Below are positions 61,860 through 64,000 of a stretch of DNA of 64,000 nucleotides, piece by piece; position 1 is the stretch's first letter, and each line of letters starts with the position of its first letter. Under the pieces are notes generated by a model, which saw only the letters and a program-made list of their open reading frames with translations, did not search any database and was not told the origin of the DNA. The stretch lies in contig NZ_JAUXSP010000006.1 of NCBI RefSeq assembly GCF_030679875.1, positions 129,653 through 193,652 on the forward strand. The letters are read 5' to 3'. The translations under genes were made by a program, and so were the position numbers. This stretch comes from Phenylobacterium sp. GTDB taxonomy: Bacteria > Pseudomonadota > Alphaproteobacteria > Caulobacterales > Caulobacteraceae.

Positions 61860-62671
61860 GCGGGCCGGCTGAACGCCTGCCGGTGGTCTTCTTCGGTCAC
61901 GGCAGCCCGATGATCGCCATCGAGACCAACGACACCACCGCGGCCTGGGGCGCCATTGGGGCGTCAATCGGCAAGCCCCGGGCCATTCTCTGCATCTCGG
62001 CCCACTGGCTGACCCGCGGCGTCGGCGTGACCGCCATGGCCCAGCCGCGAACCATCCACGACTTCGGCGCTTCCTTCCCTCAGGCCCTGTTCAACGTGCA
62101 GTACCCAGCGCCCGGCGATCCGGCCCTGGCGCGGCGCGTGGCCGAACTGCTGGCGCCGCTGCCGGTGAGCCAGGACGAGGGCTGGGGCCTGGACCATGGG
62201 ACCTGGTCGGTGCTGTCCAAGGCCTATCCCAAGGCCGATGTGCCGGTGGTGCAGCTGTCGATGGACGCCAGCAAGCCGCCGGCCTGGCACTATGAGATGG
62301 GCGCCAAGCTCAGCCCCCTGCGAGATGAGGGCGTGCTGATCGTCGCCACCGGCAACATCGTCCACAACCTGCCGGCCATGGACTGGGGCGCCCGCCACCG
62401 TCCAGCCTTTGACTGGGCCGAGGCCTTCAACGCCCACATCAAGGACGCCATCGCCGCCGACGATCCCCAGAAGGCGGTGGCCTATGAGGCGTTCGGCGAG
62501 GCGGCCAGTCGGTCGGTCCCGACGCCGGACCACTACTGGCCGCTGCTCTATGCGCTTGGCGCCCGGATGCCCGGCGACCGGGCGGTCTTTGGCCCCGACC
62601 ATATCGAGCATGGCTCGCTCAGCATGACCACGGTGATGCTCGACAGCCGCCCGGCCGCCCAGGCCGCCTGA
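61856..62671 (+). CDS. LigB-superfamily class III extradiol dioxygenase (YgiD / 4,5-DOPA dioxygenase type)
   Basis: 271 aa. The LPVVFFGHGSPMIAIETND opening and ...LDHGTWSVL... and ...ATGNIVHNL... blocks are typical of the family. ATGA overlap with the Rieske gene. Confidence 0.85.
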   Translation: MSGPAERLPVVFFGHGSPMIAIETNDTTAAWGAIGASIGKPRAILCISAHWLTRGVGVTAMAQPRTIHDFGASFPQALFNVQYPAPGDPALARRVAELLAPLPVSQDEGWGLDHGTWSVLSKAYPKADVPVVQLSMDASKPPAWHYEMGAKLSPLRDEGVLIVATGNIVHNLPAMDWGARHRPAFDWAEAFNAHIKDAIAADDPQKAVAYEAFGEAASRSVPTPDHYWPLLYALGARMPGDRAVFGPDHIEHGSLSMTTVMLDSRPAAQAA

Positions 62672-62696
62672 ACCCACGCCATTCCAAGGACGCCCC

Positions 62697-63788
62697 ATGG
62701 CCTTCATCTGCGAGCCGACCGAGACCCGGGCCGACACCTTGCCGGGCGCCCTGCACACCCTGAACGCCACGTCCAAGACCGTGCACTGGGGCTATTTCGA
62801 TCCCGCCCGGGGCCCGGCTCTGCGGATCAGGAGCGGCGACCTGGTGCAGGCCGAGGCCATCACCCACCACGCCGGCGATGATCCCGAGCTGATGATGGAC
62901 GAGGCAGTCACCGCCATCTTCCGCGAGATCCCCGAGGCCGACCGCAATCCCGGCGTCCACATCATGACCGGCCCGATCCATGTCGAGGGCGCCCAGCCCG
63001 GCGACATGCTGGAGGTGCGTTATCTGCGCATGGTCCCGCGCTGCAACTATGGCTCCAACCTCGCAGCCAACTGGGGCCATCTCTATGATGAGTTCGACCA
63101 GAAGGAGCGGGTGACCATCTATGAACTGGACGCTAACGCCCAGACCGCCAGCGCGCTGTATGCCTACGACTTCCCCGGCAAGTATCTGACGCCCGGGACC
63201 ATCACCCACTGCCCGGTCTGTGATCGCCAAGGGGCGCTGCCTGGCGTGAGGGTGCCGGTGCGGCCCCACCTCGGCACCGCCGGCGTCGCGCCGAACGTCA
63301 ACGGCCGGGTCAGCACCATTCCGCCGGGGCTTCATGGCGGCAATATCGACAACTGGCGCATCGGCGCGGGCGCGACCATGTACTACCCGGTGCAGGTCGA
63401 CGGGGCCCTGTTCTCCATCGGCGATCCGCATGTGAGCCAGGGCGACGGCGAGATCAGCGGCACGGCCATCGAGGCCTCGCTGAACGTGCTGATGCAGATC
63501 GTCCTGCGCAAGGACTTCACCTTCCCATCGCCGCTGCTGGAGACGCCAAACTGGTGGATTGTCCATGGCTTCGACCCCGATCTTAACCGGGCGATGAAGA
63601 ACGCCTCCCTGGACATGCTGGGCCTGCTGACCGAGCAGCAGGGCCTGTCGCGCAACGACGCCTATTCCCTGATGAGCGTGGCCGCCGACTTCTCCATCAC
63701 CCAGGTGGTGGACGGGACCCAGGGCATCCATGTGCGCATCCCCCGGGGCATCTTCCCGGCCAAGGGATCGGTGAAGGCCCCCGCCTGA
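62697..63788 (+). CDS. Acetamidase/formamidase (FmdA_AmdA) family amidohydrolase
   Basis: 363 aa. ...HWGYFD..., ...GPIHVEGAQPGDMLEV..., ...GGNIDNWRIGAGATMYYPVQVDGALFSIGDPHVSQGDGEISGTAIE... Confidence 0.85.
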   Translation: MAFICEPTETRADTLPGALHTLNATSKTVHWGYFDPARGPALRIRSGDLVQAEAITHHAGDDPELMMDEAVTAIFREIPEADRNPGVHIMTGPIHVEGAQPGDMLEVRYLRMVPRCNYGSNLAANWGHLYDEFDQKERVTIYELDANAQTASALYAYDFPGKYLTPGTITHCPVCDRQGALPGVRVPVRPHLGTAGVAPNVNGRVSTIPPGLHGGNIDNWRIGAGATMYYPVQVDGALFSIGDPHVSQGDGEISGTAIEASLNVLMQIVLRKDFTFPSPLLETPNWWIVHGFDPDLNRAMKNASLDMLGLLTEQQGLSRNDAYSLMSVAADFSITQVVDGTQGIHVRIPRGIFPAKGSVKAPA

Positions 63789-63802
63789 CAAGAGACGAGC
63801 CG

Positions 63803-64000
63803 TTGAAGGCCTGGCAGTTCACCACCGACACCTATCTCAAGCCTGAGCGCCGGGACGCCTGGCGCGAGGCCATGGAGCGGCTGCGCCTGCCCGTCGGCGA
63901 CCTGCCGGCCGAGGGGGCCTTCCATGCTCAGGTCTCCAGCCTGACCTCGCCCATGGGGGTGGAGTTCGCGGTGGTGGCCTCGACGCCGCAGGAGATCTCC
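63803..64000 (+). CDS. Partial CDS: AraC-family regulator, N-terminal ligand-binding domain (continues past window end)
   Basis: Manual translation from the TTG at 63803 gives LKAWQFTTDTYLKPERRDAWREAMERLRLPVGDLPAEGAFHAQVSSLTSPMGVEFAVVASTPQEIS. The F.T......ER...W.E pattern is typical of the AraC-associated N-terminal domain. No stop before the window end. Confidence 0.5.
   Translation, partial: MKAWQFTTDTYLKPERRDAWREAMERLRLPVGDLPAEGAFHAQVSSLTSPMGVEFAVVASTPQEIS

Noticed and set aside
59269-63791. Long ORFs antisense to the TauD, Rieske, extradiol and formamidase genes (59269-60492 plus; 60594-61967, 61964-62776 and 62619-63791 minus)
   Set aside because: The sense frames carry diagnostic metal-binding motifs. 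The antisense frames are low-complexity with no motifs.

Overview
High-GC alphaproteobacterial chromosomal segment; my guess from TonB-receptor richness, ParDE and gene content is a Caulobacterales-like organism. It is densely coding, with no rRNA, tRNA, CRISPR array, transposase or integrase that I could recognise. Left to right: a truncated exoprotease-like gene, a TonB-dependent receptor, DNA topoisomerase IB, rlmJ, a small phosphoglycosyl transferase, AsmA, cytochrome c', and gltBD. Next come a four-gene kinase/phosphatase/nucleotidyltransferase/glycosyltransferase module and a sulfur-scavenging block (porin, cysPTWA, type III alkylsulfatase). These are followed by a C5-dicarboxylate (itaconate-type) CoA module, SPFH/NfeD, frmAB, and a complete ectR-ectABCD-ask ectoine/hydroxyectoine locus with an adjacent SSS transporter. 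After miscellaneous redox genes come two catabolic islands separated by a lower-GC islet carrying ParDE. The first island has a Rut-like monooxygenase/amidohydrolase/flavin-reductase core rewired with a TonB receptor, MFS, M20 hydrolase and TauD enzyme. The second has a Rieske oxygenase, LigB-type extradiol dioxygenase and formamidase, with a divergent TauD/SDR pair and an AraC regulator. I found no recognisable phage-defence or toxin system beyond ParDE. The best candidates for undescribed biology are the Rut-like island (46.8-56.7 kb), the sugar/small-molecule activation module (16.0-19.8 kb) and the Rieske/extradiol/formamidase island (58.7-64 kb). Several non-coding symmetric elements are also listed. 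All family calls come from reading the translations and remembered motifs; no database search was run. Many ORF-track starts are clearly too far upstream, so I re-picked starts where RBS, overlap or family length supported it.
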